Origin: a bacterium
Lineage (GTDB): Bacteria > UBA8248
Length of the DNA: 64,000 nt
Direction: 5' to 3'
Assembly: GCA_965261085.1 (NCBI GenBank)
Contig: OZ253442.1
Coordinates: forward strand, 512,001-576,000
Shown: one piece after another, positions 17,543-27,340 of the stretch
Layout: every line of letters starts with the position of its first letter
How positions within the stretch are numbered: the stretch's first letter is position 1
Made by a program: the position numbers and the translations under genes
The notes under the pieces: generated by a model
Told to the model about the DNA's origin: nothing
What the model saw: the letters and a program-made list of their open reading frames with translations, nothing else
The model's database searches: none

Positions 17543-19150
17543 ATGAAGCCATCCTTGCTGGACAAAGAAAAAATAGAGGCCTACCTCGCCGCAGGATACT
17601 GGACGCGCGAGACGATGGTGGAGCGTTACGCCGCCTATGCTCGGGATTTTCCCGAAAAAATCGCCTGCCGTGATTCGCAAGAAGAGATCACCTGGCGGGA
17701 ACTGGATGAACTCACCGACCGCATCGCCGCGAACTTGATCGCCAAGGGAATCGAGCGTGACGCCCGCGCCCTGGTGCAGATGGCATCCTCAAACCGCGAG
17801 ATGATCCTCCGAATCGCCTTCAAAAAAGCCGGTATCATCGGCTGTTTCGCCCCCATGCAGTGGCGGCGCAAGGAACTCGGCCACGCCTTTGGGGAACTCA
17901 CGCCGGGGGTCATCTTCGCCTCGCCCGAATCGGTGGAGAAGAGCCGACCCACCTGGCTGGATGAGGCCGGAGCCGAAAGTGCCCTTCGCGTCGATCTCTC
18001 GGGAGAATCTCCCGAAGGGTGGCTCCCCTGGAGCGAGCTAATCAAACCCCCGCTAGACGCAGGTGCGCTCGTAGAGATCGCCTCCCGGGCTTTCCGCTTC
18101 GATGAGATTTCCCTCATCACGGTCTCGAGCGGCTCCAGCGGCTTTTCGAAGCTGTGCGAATGGCCCGAAGGGGCGCAAATGTGTCTCGCCCGCGCAAACG
18201 GCGCGCGATTGTGTATCAGCGAGGACGACAACATCGGCGTTTTCGCGCCGATGGCGGGGGGCGCGGGGCTGCTGGTTTGGGTGACGTCGGGCATGACGCC
18301 GTGCGCCTTCACGTTCCCCGAAACCTATAACGCGCGCGCTTTATTGGCGCTCATCGAGAGTGCGAAGATCACGGTGGCGACGACCGTGCCCGTCATCTTA
18401 AACCGTCTGGCGCAAGAAGATTTGGGCTCATTCGACCTGCGCTCGCTGCGCGCCATACGCATCGGCACGGCGGCGGCGAACCTCGATGCGGCGCGCCATG
18501 TGGAAAGCCTCACCGATTGCCGCGTCGTGGTCGCGGCGGGTAGCATGGAAACCCCCGGTTTCGCACACGCGCACTTCAATGAGCCCGCAGCGCTCAGGCT
18601 CAACGGCAGCGTCGGCTTGCCGCACCGGGGGGCTGGCTGGCGGATCGAGGATGAGGAGGGGAACGAGCTTCCCCCGGGCGGAATCGGCCATTTCAAACTC
18701 TCGGCCCCTTATGCGTCTTCGGGCTACTGGAAGGACCCCGAAGCCACGGCGGCGGTCTGGTCGGAAGGCTGGAACGCGACCGGCGACATTGCGACAATCG
18801 ACGAGGACGACCGGTTGAGATTGTTAGGCCGCAGCAAGGAGGTCATCAATCGCAGCGGCCAGAAGATATTGCCGGTCGAGGTCGAACGCGAGATCGCCAA
18901 ACACCCCGACGTTTTCGAGTGCGCCGTCGTCGCCGCGCCCGACCCCGAATACGGCGAGGTGCCCTGGGCGTTCGTCCAGACCCATGACGGGAAAAGCCTC
19001 GACACGCAATCTTTGGCCGATGCGCTTCGAGCGAGCGGCCTCGCCACCTACAAGATACCGGCCCGGTTCATCGAACTCGGCGAATTCCCCCGCGTCGCGA
19101 GTGATAAGATCGACAAGAAAGCGCTGCTGCAAATGGCGCTCGCTGAATAG
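17543..19150 (+). CDS. Class I adenylate-forming enzyme (acyl/aryl-CoA ligase)
   Basis: SSGSSGFSK P-loop variant, TGD, GRSKEVINRSG, DPEYGE, DKIDK. Confidence 0.9.
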   Translation: MKPSLLDKEKIEAYLAAGYWTRETMVERYAAYARDFPEKIACRDSQEEITWRELDELTDRIAANLIAKGIERDARALVQMASSNREMILRIAFKKAGIIGCFAPMQWRRKELGHAFGELTPGVIFASPESVEKSRPTWLDEAGAESALRVDLSGESPEGWLPWSELIKPPLDAGALVEIASRAFRFDEISLITVSSGSSGFSKLCEWPEGAQMCLARANGARLCISEDDNIGVFAPMAGGAGLLVWVTSGMTPCAFTFPETYNARALLALIESAKITVATTVPVILNRLAQEDLGSFDLRSLRAIRIGTAAANLDAARHVESLTDCRVVVAAGSMETPGFAHAHFNEPAALRLNGSVGLPHRGAGWRIEDEEGNELPPGGIGHFKLSAPYASSGYWKDPEATAAVWSEGWNATGDIATIDEDDRLRLLGRSKEVINRSGQKILPVEVEREIAKHPDVFECAVVAAPDPEYGEVPWAFVQTHDGKSLDTQSLADALRASGLATYKIPARFIELGEFPRVASDKIDKKALLQMALAE

Positions 19151-19179
19151 AAACGACAAACCATGACGGAGGGAGAAAC

Positions 19180-19983
19180 TTGACGATGGAACACGACGAA
19201 GACCTGCACGGCGCCAGTTTCGACGGCTTCACGGTCGAGGTGGACGCAGAGCAACAGCGCGGCGACATCATTCTCGACCGCGGCGAGATGAACACGATCA
19301 GCATGGGCCAGCGCGAGGAGTTGCGCGCCGCCTTCGAGAACCTCGACCGCGACGAGCGCGTGCGCGTTATCGTGCTGCGCGCCTTAGGCCCCAATTTCTC
19401 CTCTGGCGGATTCATTCGCGGCTTCATGGAGGCCTCGCCCGAGCACGTCTCGAAACTCGCCGACAACATCGCCGCGCCCACGCGGTGCGAGAAACCGACC
19501 ATCGCCGCAAACCGCGGCTATTGCTTCGGGGTCGGCTTCGAGGTCTCGCTCGCGTGTGATTTTCGGGTCGCGTCCGAGACGACGCGCTACGCCCTGCCCG
19601 AGCAGCGCCTGGGGCAGATTCCGGGCTCGGGCGGCTCTGCGCGCTTACAGAAGATGATCGGCATCACACGGACGAAGCACATCGTCATGCGCTCAAAACG
19701 CATCAGCGGCAAACAGGCCTATGAGTGGGGCATCGTGACGGAAGTTGTCGCAGACGAAGAGCTCGAAGCCGCCACGGACGCCCTCGTGGCGGAGCTATGT
19801 CAGTTCGCCCCGCTGGCGCAGCGAACGGCCAAGCGCCTGCTCAACGAGACGGAAGACACCTTCTTGTCCTTAGGCATTCAACTGGAGGGTCATTGCTACT
19901 CGCGGCTTCGACAATCGGATGATTTCAAAGAGGGCGTGGAGGCCTTTCACGAGAAGCGCAAACCCAATTTCAGGGGGAGTTGA
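19180..19983 (+). CDS. Enoyl-CoA hydratase/isomerase family protein
   Basis: FSSGG, GYCFGVGFE, LPEQRLGQIPGSGG. Confidence 0.93.
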   Translation: MTMEHDEDLHGASFDGFTVEVDAEQQRGDIILDRGEMNTISMGQREELRAAFENLDRDERVRVIVLRALGPNFSSGGFIRGFMEASPEHVSKLADNIAAPTRCEKPTIAANRGYCFGVGFEVSLACDFRVASETTRYALPEQRLGQIPGSGGSARLQKMIGITRTKHIVMRSKRISGKQAYEWGIVTEVVADEELEAATDALVAELCQFAPLAQRTAKRLLNETEDTFLSLGIQLEGHCYSRLRQSDDFKEGVEAFHEKRKPNFRGS

Positions 19984-20213
19984 GGAACGTTCGGCTTCTC
20001 TCGGAAATTCCGCCCCACCTTGATGTGTGCATGAGGCGTTTCTCCCTTTCCTCCGCGTACGGCTCGCCCCTTCCAGTGGGGCGTTTCGTGCCCCGTAAAG
20101 AGATTTGTGCTACACTGCATTCACATCTCGTACATGAAGGTTCCGGTACGGGCGCCATCCCGAAAGACGGTTGGCCCGCAAGGTTTTCTCAAGACCAAGG
20201 GGGGGAGATCGTC

Positions 20214-20684
20214 ATGTTAGGTCCCATGCACCATTCCAGCAGAACGGTTTCGGACATCAAAAAGTCCATCGTGTTTTACCGCGACATTCTGGGCTTCGAA
20301 GTGGTGGAGGACATCAGCTCCGACGAGGAGGGGATTCAATACGCCTCGACCACGCCCGACAGCCGGCTTCGGATCGTCATGCTCCAGGCGGGAGGTGCGA
20401 TCGTGGAGCTCATCCAGTTCCTGAAAGCGGAGGGGAAAACCTACGACAATCCGCCGGCCCTAAACGACGTGGGCAGCAGCCACATCGCCTTCGAACCCGA
20501 AGACCTGGACGCCGCCTATGCGGATCTTGTTGACAAGGGCGTGCGCTTCGCCACCTCGCCCCAGGTGACGTGGCGAGGCCCGGGCCGTTACTGGAGGGCC
20601 GCCATTTTCTATGACCCGGACGGCTTCGACTTGGCTCTTTTCAAAATGTATGAGGGCGAGCCCGCCGAAACTGTTTCCGGCTGA
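20214..20684 (+). CDS. VOC/glyoxalase family protein
   Basis: HHSSRTVSD, VELIQF, HIAF, YDPDG. Confidence 0.85.
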   Translation: MLGPMHHSSRTVSDIKKSIVFYRDILGFEVVEDISSDEEGIQYASTTPDSRLRIVMLQAGGAIVELIQFLKAEGKTYDNPPALNDVGSSHIAFEPEDLDAAYADLVDKGVRFATSPQVTWRGPGRYWRAAIFYDPDGFDLALFKMYEGEPAETVSG

Positions 20685-20713
20685 GTCCGCAACCTTATGG
20701 AGGAAACGACGCC

Positions 20714-21487
20714 ATGATGCTGAGCGACCTGACCTGGATGGAAATCCGCGACCTGATTCCCGAGAACCCCGTCATCATCCAGCCCGTGGGCTCGACCGAG
20801 CAGCACGGCCCCCACCTGCCGGTTCAGGTGGACATATCGAGCTCGTTTGAAGTCGCAAAGGCCGTCGGCGACAGGACGGGCTGCCTCGTCGCCCCGCCGC
20901 TTCCCTACGGCTACTCGGAAGTCTGGGAGAATTTCCCCGGCACCATCAGTTTGACGGCCGAAACCTTCATGACGTGCGTCGCCGAGATCACCGAAAGCCT
21001 CGTGCGCAACGGCTTCAAGAGGATTCTCTTCTTAAACGGCCACAACCCCAATCTGCCCCTGCTCCAGACCATGATGTTCAAGCTCATGGACCGCTACGGC
21101 CGAAGCGGGGATAGGCTTATCGTCGCCGGTAGCTATTTCATGGTGGACAAGGAGACGTGCGACGCCATCGGCGACAACTTCCGCGAGGGCACCCACGCGA
21201 ACGAGTTCGAGACGTCCTTCATGATGCACATCCGCCCGGACATGGTGCACGTGGATCGGCTGGGCGATTGGGAGTACAAGCCCGAACTGGTGCTCTCCTT
21301 TCAGCACGGGGTGACGTCGATCGTGCGCCTGCCCGACAGCCGGGTGCACAACGGCGTCTACGGAGACCCGCGCCGGGCCACGCCGGAGAAGGGCCGCCAA
21401 TACTTCGAGGCCTGCGTGAACAAGGTGGCCGAGATAGTGGAGAACTTCAACCCGGAATATTTCGGAATACAGGAAGTCTACACGTAA
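20714..21487 (+). CDS. Creatininase (creatinine amidohydrolase) family protein
   Basis: GSTEQHGPHLP, FPGTISL, NGH, HANEFETS, GDPRRATPEKG. Confidence 0.92.
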   Translation: MMLSDLTWMEIRDLIPENPVIIQPVGSTEQHGPHLPVQVDISSSFEVAKAVGDRTGCLVAPPLPYGYSEVWENFPGTISLTAETFMTCVAEITESLVRNGFKRILFLNGHNPNLPLLQTMMFKLMDRYGRSGDRLIVAGSYFMVDKETCDAIGDNFREGTHANEFETSFMMHIRPDMVHVDRLGDWEYKPELVLSFQHGVTSIVRLPDSRVHNGVYGDPRRATPEKGRQYFEACVNKVAEIVENFNPEYFGIQEVYT

Positions 21488-21590
21488 GAGTCCAGAGAGC
21501 GTTGCAGGATTATCGGGTTCAGGCCGTTTCGGGAGGAGTGGGTGAGTGCCTCCGTTCACCCCGCTTCGTCCTGCTCCGTTCAGCGCAGTA

Positions 21591-22682
21591 TTAAATGGCT
21601 AGTTGGGACTCGGCGTCGAAGAAGTAAAGTTTGTCCTCGCGCATCTCCACTCTGGTCTCATCCCCCATGTCGACCCTGAAGGTGGAGGCGGTGCGCGCCA
21701 TCAAGGAGATATCCTCGAAGGCGAGTTCCAGAACCTGATCCGCCCCGTAAGGTTCCAGGAGCAGCACCTTGCTCAGGTGGCCGTCCTCATCTCCGCTCGA
21801 CTTTACGATGACGTCTTCGGGGCGAATCCCCAGAATCACCTTCTCCCTCGTCTCTTTTTCAAGGATTTGCCGCTGCTCCGGCGGAGGCTCCACGACGAAG
21901 TTCCCGTAGCGAAAGCATAGTCTTCCGTTTTCCTGCTCCAAGGCGCCGGGCATGAGGTTCATGGGCGGCGTGCCCACGAACTGCGCCACGAACGTGTTGG
22001 CCGGCTCGTGATAGACGGAATAGGGAGAGGCGTATTGCTGGAGCACACCGTCTTTTAGGAGCGCGATTTCATCCGCCATGTTCAGGGCTTCCACCTGATC
22101 GTGGGTCACGTAGATCATGGTGGTCTCGAGGCGCCGGTGGAGTTTTTTGAGTTCGGCGCGCATCTCGACCCGGAGCGCCGCGTCCAGGTTCGAGAGCGGC
22201 TCATCCAACAGAAACGCCCAGGGTTCGCGGACGATCGCCCGGCCCAGCGCCACCCGCTGGCGCTGCCCGCCGGAGAGTTCGCGGGGTCTGCGGGCCAGAA
22301 GCTCCTCGATGTTCAGCGCCTCGGCCGCCCAGAGGACTTTTTCTTCGATTTCCGCCTTGGACATCTTCATCATCCGCAAGGGAAAGGCCAAATTGTCCCG
22401 CACTCTCAAATGGGGATAGAGGGCGTAGCTCTGGAACACCATGGCCATGTTTCTTCGGTGGGCCGGAATATAGCGCACGTCCAGCCCGTCGATGAGAATC
22501 GCGCCCTCGGTCGGATCCAGCAGACCCGCGACCACGTTCAGGATGGTGGTTTTCCCGCATCCCGATGGACCGAGTAGGACGACGAATCTGCCGTCTTCGA
22601 TTTCTAGGTTCACGTTGTCGACCGCGACCACATCGCCGTAATTCTTACTCAAATTCTCCAACACGACCTTCGCCATTCTCAC
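21591..22682 (-). CDS. Sugar-type ABC transporter ATP-binding protein (MalK/UgpC-like)
   Basis: GPSGCGKT, VFQSYALYPH, LSGGQRQ, DEPLSNLDA. Confidence 0.95.
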   Translation of the reverse strand: MRMAKVVLENLSKNYGDVVAVDNVNLEIEDGRFVVLLGPSGCGKTTILNVVAGLLDPTEGAILIDGLDVRYIPAHRRNMAMVFQSYALYPHLRVRDNLAFPLRMMKMSKAEIEEKVLWAAEALNIEELLARRPRELSGGQRQRVALGRAIVREPWAFLLDEPLSNLDAALRVEMRAELKKLHRRLETTMIYVTHDQVEALNMADEIALLKDGVLQQYASPYSVYHEPANTFVAQFVGTPPMNLMPGALEQENGRLCFRYGNFVVEPPPEQRQILEKETREKVILGIRPEDVIVKSSGDEDGHLSKVLLLEPYGADQVLELAFEDISLMARTASTFRVDMGDETRVEMREDKLYFFDAESQLAI

Positions 22683-22702
22683 TTGCTCCTATCGAAAACC
22701 GG

Positions 22703-23647
22703 CTAGCCCTTCACCGCCCCCGCCGTCAGCCCGCGCACGAAGTAGCGCTGGAAGATGAGAGCCAGGACGACGGGAATCACGACGCAGGCGACGCCCGCGG
22801 CGTTCATCCGCGCGTAGCTCACCGAAAACTCGGAGACGAAATCAAGCAGCGTCACCGTGATGGGCCGGGTATTCATCGTCTGGGTCAGGACGAGCGGAAA
22901 GAGGAACTCGTTCCAGCTCGTGAGGAACACGAACACCGCCGCCGTGACGATCGCAGGCGCAGAAAGCGGCAGAATCACCCGCCAGAGCGTCTGGAAGCGG
23001 TTGCAGCCGTCCACGCGGGCGGCGCTTTCGATCTCCTTCGGGACAGTCTCGAAATAGGCGACCAGCACGAAGATCGCCAGGGGCAGCGAAATGGGAATAT
23101 AGGCCACGATGAGCCCCATATAGGTATCCAGCAATCCGATCCCTCGGATCATCAGATAAAAAGGAACTATCAGGGACACTTCGGGCACGATTCGAGACGC
23201 CAGCACGACGTAGAAAAGGTACTGCTTTCCCGCGAAGCGAAGCCGCGCGAAGCCGTATGCGGCCAGACAGCCCAATATGACGTTGATGATGGTGACGCCC
23301 AACGCCACGACGAAGCTGTTCCACATCGAGGGCAGCACGTCGGCCGTGGGAAACGTGGAATATCCGGCCATGCTCTTATCGAACTCGACGCTCGTGTCGG
23401 CGGGTTTTCTGAGGAGGATCTCCGTGTAGTTGCCGAAGTTGACCTCGGGCGGAAGCCAGTTGGGCGGAACCGACACCACGTCCTTTTCGAACTGAAGGCT
23501 CGAATTGACCATCCAGTAGAAGGGCGAGATGGCGTAGAAGAGCATGGCGGCGACGATCAGGTAAAGCGCGACCCGCCCGACGAGGGCGGCGCGGCGGTAT
23601 CTTTGCACCGATTGAAGGGTAGGGACGGTAGACGTCGACGCGGCCAT
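22703..23647 (-). CDS. Carbohydrate ABC transporter permease
   Basis: EIESAARVDG EAA loop, SWNEFL. Confidence 0.93.
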   Translation of the reverse strand: MAASTSTVPTLQSVQRYRRAALVGRVALYLIVAAMLFYAISPFYWMVNSSLQFEKDVVSVPPNWLPPEVNFGNYTEILLRKPADTSVEFDKSMAGYSTFPTADVLPSMWNSFVVALGVTIINVILGCLAAYGFARLRFAGKQYLFYVVLASRIVPEVSLIVPFYLMIRGIGLLDTYMGLIVAYIPISLPLAIFVLVAYFETVPKEIESAARVDGCNRFQTLWRVILPLSAPAIVTAAVFVFLTSWNEFLFPLVLTQTMNTRPITVTLLDFVSEFSVSYARMNAAGVACVVIPVVLALIFQRYFVRGLTAGAVKG

Positions 23648-23651
23648 GACG

Positions 23652-24605
23652 TTAGCCCTCCTGAGGCCTGTAGAGAATCTTGATGTAGCCGATCGCCAGG
23701 ATGAAGGTGGCGATGGCGATCACGTAGGAAATCGACGCGCCGGAGCCGAACTGCAGGTTCCGGAAGGTCTCCACGTAGGTGTACCAGGAGACGAGGGCGG
23801 TCGCGTCCCCCGGTCCTCCCTCGGTGAGGATGTAGACCAGATCGAAAGTCTTGATGGAGATGATCGAGGAGTAGACCAGCACCAGCAGAAAGGCCAGCTT
23901 GAGCGCAGGCAAGGTGATGTGCATGAAACGCCTCGACGCGCCGGCCTGATCCACCTTCGCCGCGCTGTAGAGATCCTCAGGAATGGCCTGGAGCGCCGTG
24001 AGGAACAAGACGGTGGCGATGGGAACCTCCTTCCAGACGAAGGCGTTCACGAGGGTATAGAGCGCGCGTGCAGGGTTGCTGAGCCATGTCTGGTATTTGT
24101 CGATGACGCCGAGGGCAACCAGAAACCCGTTCAACACCCCGTAGTCCGAATGGTAGATCCACTCCCAGATGAGGCCGTTCGCCACGTAGGGCACCGCCCA
24201 GGGGACGAGGATGAGCGGCACCACCCACCTTCGCACGCCCGCTCCCAGCTCATTGAGCGCCAGGGCGAAAACGAGGCCGAGCAGGGCCACCGCAATCACC
24301 GACACCACGACGAAGACGATCGTGTTCGTGAACGCGTTGTAGAAATCCTCGCTCTCCAAAAACGTGATGTAGTTCTCAAAACCCACATAGGGGTTTTTGT
24401 GAGGCCTTTTCAGGTTATAGACGTGAACGCTGACGTAGAAGGAATGCAGGATGGGATAGATGTTGAGCAGGACCATCAAAAGCAGCGCCGGCCCTACGAA
24501 GAACGCCGCAATTCCGCCTTCGGTTTGCATTCGCCGGGTGAACCAGCCTCTCACTCCCGTTGCGGCGGCGGGTTCTGCCCCTTCGGCGGACAGGGAATTC
24601 GCCAA
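23652..24605 (-). CDS. Carbohydrate ABC transporter permease
   Basis: VGFENY, DLYSAAKVDQAG, LTEGGPG. Confidence 0.93.
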   Translation of the reverse strand: MANSLSAEGAEPAAATGVRGWFTRRMQTEGGIAAFFVGPALLLMVLLNIYPILHSFYVSVHVYNLKRPHKNPYVGFENYITFLESEDFYNAFTNTIVFVVVSVIAVALLGLVFALALNELGAGVRRWVVPLILVPWAVPYVANGLIWEWIYHSDYGVLNGFLVALGVIDKYQTWLSNPARALYTLVNAFVWKEVPIATVLFLTALQAIPEDLYSAAKVDQAGASRRFMHITLPALKLAFLLVLVYSSIISIKTFDLVYILTEGGPGDATALVSWYTYVETFRNLQFGSGASISYVIAIATFILAIGYIKILYRPQEG

Positions 24606-24620
24606 AGAAAACCTCCATCG

Positions 24621-24654
24621 CGCCTCCCCCGGCTACACATGGCCGGGGGAGGCG
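24621..24654 (-). terminator. Intercistronic hairpin after the binding-protein gene (mRNA stabiliser or attenuator)
   Basis: CGCCTCCCCCGGC-tacacatg-GCCGGGGGAGGCG. Confidence 0.6.
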
Positions 24655-24665
24655 GTAACCTGCGG

Positions 24666-26003
24666 TTAGCTGTAACGCCGTTTAAGTTTGTTCCACTGCT
24701 TGGTTAGGGTCTTGAGCGTGCCCTCGATGTCGGCCTGACCCAGGATCGCCTTGTGGACGCGCGGACGCATGTACTGATCCCACTCGGCGTACCACACGGC
24801 CTTCTGCCCGTCCTTGGGCTTGCTGAGCGCCATCTGGCTCTCGAACAGCTTCGCTTCGCCCCATTTGTTCGCCGCCGCGATGATGTCGGGGTCCTTGAAC
24901 AGCGGCGCGTGGCCGAAGCCCAGCCCGAAATCGGTGAACCACTTCTTCGCGGTGCGGTAGGTGCCCGACTTGTCCTTGCCGCCCAGGAAGTCCACCATCT
25001 TCCAGGCCATCGCCTTGCGCGCAGGGTCCTTCGCGGCCGAGGCGGTCATGCTGTAGGCCCGAGTCCAGCCGCAAACGTGTGGCTTGGCGTTGTTGGCGGT
25101 GGGTATGAGGGCCATCTTGATCTTGCCGGCCACCTTGGAGGATTTGGGTTCGTTCGCCGCCCGCAGCCGGTAGTTCGGCAGGATGGCGAAGCTGCCCGTG
25201 CCGCTGCTGAAGGACTTGAGCGCGGCGACTTCGTTGAGCTCCATGAAGCCGGGCTGCGTGATCTTGTGCTTCTTGGCCGCGTCGATGATCCACTGGATGG
25301 TCTGCGCCGCGGCGGAACCCGGTTTGTCGTAGTTCATGACGTTGTATTTCTCGTCGACGAACCTCCCGCCCCGGCTGTACATCATGGTGAAGAGCACCTC
25401 GCCCATCCAGAAGTCGGCTTTCAGGAACTGGAGGAAAGGATACTCCTGAATCCCCTTGCTCTTGATCTGGAGGCTCTGCTGGACCACCTCGTCCCAGGTC
25501 TTGGGAGGAGCGCCGATGCCCGCTTTCTCCAGATGCTCCTCGTTGTACAAGAACGCCATGTGGCCCACATAGTAGGGTAGGCCGTAGAGCTTGCCGTTGT
25601 AGGTGAGCGCATCGGCGGTCGGGCCGATGAACTCTTTTCTGTACTCGTCCACCCTCGGGAACTCGTCGATGGGATACAGCCAGCCCGCTTCCACGAACTC
25701 GGCGAGGTGTCCGTCGATCATATAGATGACGTCTAGGGGGGTTTTACCCGAGAACTTCACGACCAGGGCGTCGTGGTACTTGCTGCCCGGCGTGTTGCCG
25801 TAATTGATCTTGACCTTGGCGAGTTTCTCGAATTCGGTGATGCGCTGCTTCACGAAGCTGATGCCGTAGGTCCAGCTATAGAAGTTGAGCGTTTTCACCA
25901 TCGCCGCCGAGGGCGTCGCCCGCGAGACGGGCAAGGCCAGGGCGGCCGTTCCAAGTGCGGCATTGCGAAGGAGTTTCCGACGACTCAATCCGAGTTCTTT
26001 CAT
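24666..26003 (-). CDS. Extracellular solute-binding protein (family 1) with Tat signal
   Basis: SRRKLL twin-arginine motif, GKLYGLPY, PKTWDE; GGAGG RBS before 26003. Confidence 0.92.
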   Translation of the reverse strand: MKELGLSRRKLLRNAALGTAALALPVSRATPSAAMVKTLNFYSWTYGISFVKQRITEFEKLAKVKINYGNTPGSKYHDALVVKFSGKTPLDVIYMIDGHLAEFVEAGWLYPIDEFPRVDEYRKEFIGPTADALTYNGKLYGLPYYVGHMAFLYNEEHLEKAGIGAPPKTWDEVVQQSLQIKSKGIQEYPFLQFLKADFWMGEVLFTMMYSRGGRFVDEKYNVMNYDKPGSAAAQTIQWIIDAAKKHKITQPGFMELNEVAALKSFSSGTGSFAILPNYRLRAANEPKSSKVAGKIKMALIPTANNAKPHVCGWTRAYSMTASAAKDPARKAMAWKMVDFLGGKDKSGTYRTAKKWFTDFGLGFGHAPLFKDPDIIAAANKWGEAKLFESQMALSKPKDGQKAVWYAEWDQYMRPRVHKAILGQADIEGTLKTLTKQWNKLKRRYS

Positions 26004-26288
26004 GGTCAACCCTCCATCGTCGCCCAAGGAGAACTTGCGCTCCCCGTGGCACGGGCGATCCGCCATCGGGGGCAGAACCAAACCATAACGTCAAACCAGA
26101 AACCCTAAGCCGGGTCTCTCGGTTTACTCGGATAATAAGGCGAAGAGATGGGAGGTTGCGTTCCCCAGCCAGGAGGCGAAACGGGTCAAGAAGGTCCTGG
26201 AGGAGACGATGCTACCGGTTCGCGATTCCCACTCTCCAGCGCTCAAAAATCCTCAAACAACCTTACATGGTCTTACAAGTATGGAAAA

Positions 26289-26317
26289 ACCCTAGCAGGG
26301 TTTCCCCGGGCTGTCAA
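26289..26317 (-). promoter_or_regulatory. Possible sigma70 promoter of the sugar ABC operon
   Basis: TTGACA-17-TAGGGT with extended TG on the minus strand. Confidence 0.45.
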
Positions 26318-26388
26318 TTTTGCGCTTTTCGGCAGGTCCCGGGAATCCCCGCCCGGCGGACCGTCGCCCAAGAACCGGGGTTCACAGC

Positions 26389-26781
26389 CTACCCGCGCGA
26401 TACGAGTTCGATGCTGATGTCGTCCGGCCCCCGGATGAAGGCGATTTTCATACCCGGGCCGATCTCCCACGGATCGCAGATGAAATCGGCCCCTTTCGCG
26501 CGCAGGTCGCTCTCGGCCTTGTCCATGTCGTCGACGACGAGGCCGAAATGGTCCAGTCCGTAGCGGGGGTCGCTCGTCGTGTGGACGGGGTTTTCGCCCT
26601 CCGCGCGTCCTGAAACCAGAAAGTGCATTCCGTTCAGATCGAAGCTGAAAAGAGGCGAGCCGCCCAGGTCGCCCTCGTCCACCACCCGCGCTCCGAACAT
26701 CTCCTCCCAGAATTTTCTGGCGGCGTGGGGGTCTTCGCTTCGAAAGTGCAGGTGATCGTAACCGTAGGTGGGCATGGACAT
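26389..26781 (-). CDS. VOC/glyoxalase family protein
   Basis: YDHLHFRS, LDHFGL, FIRGPDDISIEL. Confidence 0.88.
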   Translation of the reverse strand: MSMPTYGYDHLHFRSEDPHAARKFWEEMFGARVVDEGDLGGSPLFSFDLNGMHFLVSGRAEGENPVHTTSDPRYGLDHFGLVVDDMDKAESDLRAKGADFICDPWEIGPGMKIAFIRGPDDISIELVSRG

Positions 26782-26862
26782 CGTTTCCCCTCCAGAAAAA
26801 GTGAGCCGAAAAGAGGAGGTCCCCCCTCTCGCCTAACCGGTCGAACGTGTATAGATAGCTGA

Positions 26863-26893
26863 ATTATAGAAGCGTCCCCGGCGGGATTGTCAA
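26863..26893 (-). promoter_or_regulatory. Sigma70-like promoter upstream of the VOC gene
   Basis: Consensus TTGACA and TATAAT on the minus strand with a 19-bp spacer. Confidence 0.45.
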
Positions 26894-26962
26894 GAAGGGA
26901 GATCCGGGTTTGAGACAGAAATCCGTGTTAAGGCATGGGCGGAGATGAGACACTGCGCCCCC

Positions 26963-27340
26963 TCAACCCCCCGGCAGGATGACGTAGAGGTCCTCCCCGT
27001 CGACTTCCACGGGAAAGCGCTGGACTTTTCTCCTCCGGTTGGCGAGGCATTCCCCGGTTCTAATCTCGAACTCCCAGCCGTGCATGGGGCACGCGACGAC
27101 GTCCGCCTCATCGCGCGCGTAATGCTCGCGCACCCTGCCGTCATCCTCAACGTAAGCCGTCACCTCGCGAAAGAGGTTCCCCGAGCAGACGGGGCCTTGC
27201 TGGTGGGGACACTTATCCTCCAGCGCGAAAAACCCGTCGCTCAGCCGGAATATCCCGAGCTTAAAGCCCTCCAGTTCGAGGCGAATCCGATCGCCGGGGC
27301 CTATCTCGGACGCCCGCGCCGCCCAGAGCCTCCGCGCCAT
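26963..27340 (-). CDS. Rieske [2Fe-2S] ferredoxin
   Basis: CPH and CPMH motifs followed by GWEF; ATG overlaps the upstream stop (TAATG). Confidence 0.92.
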   Translation of the reverse strand: MARRLWAARASEIGPGDRIRLELEGFKLGIFRLSDGFFALEDKCPHQQGPVCSGNLFREVTAYVEDDGRVREHYARDEADVVACPMHGWEFEIRTGECLANRRRKVQRFPVEVDGEDLYVILPGG

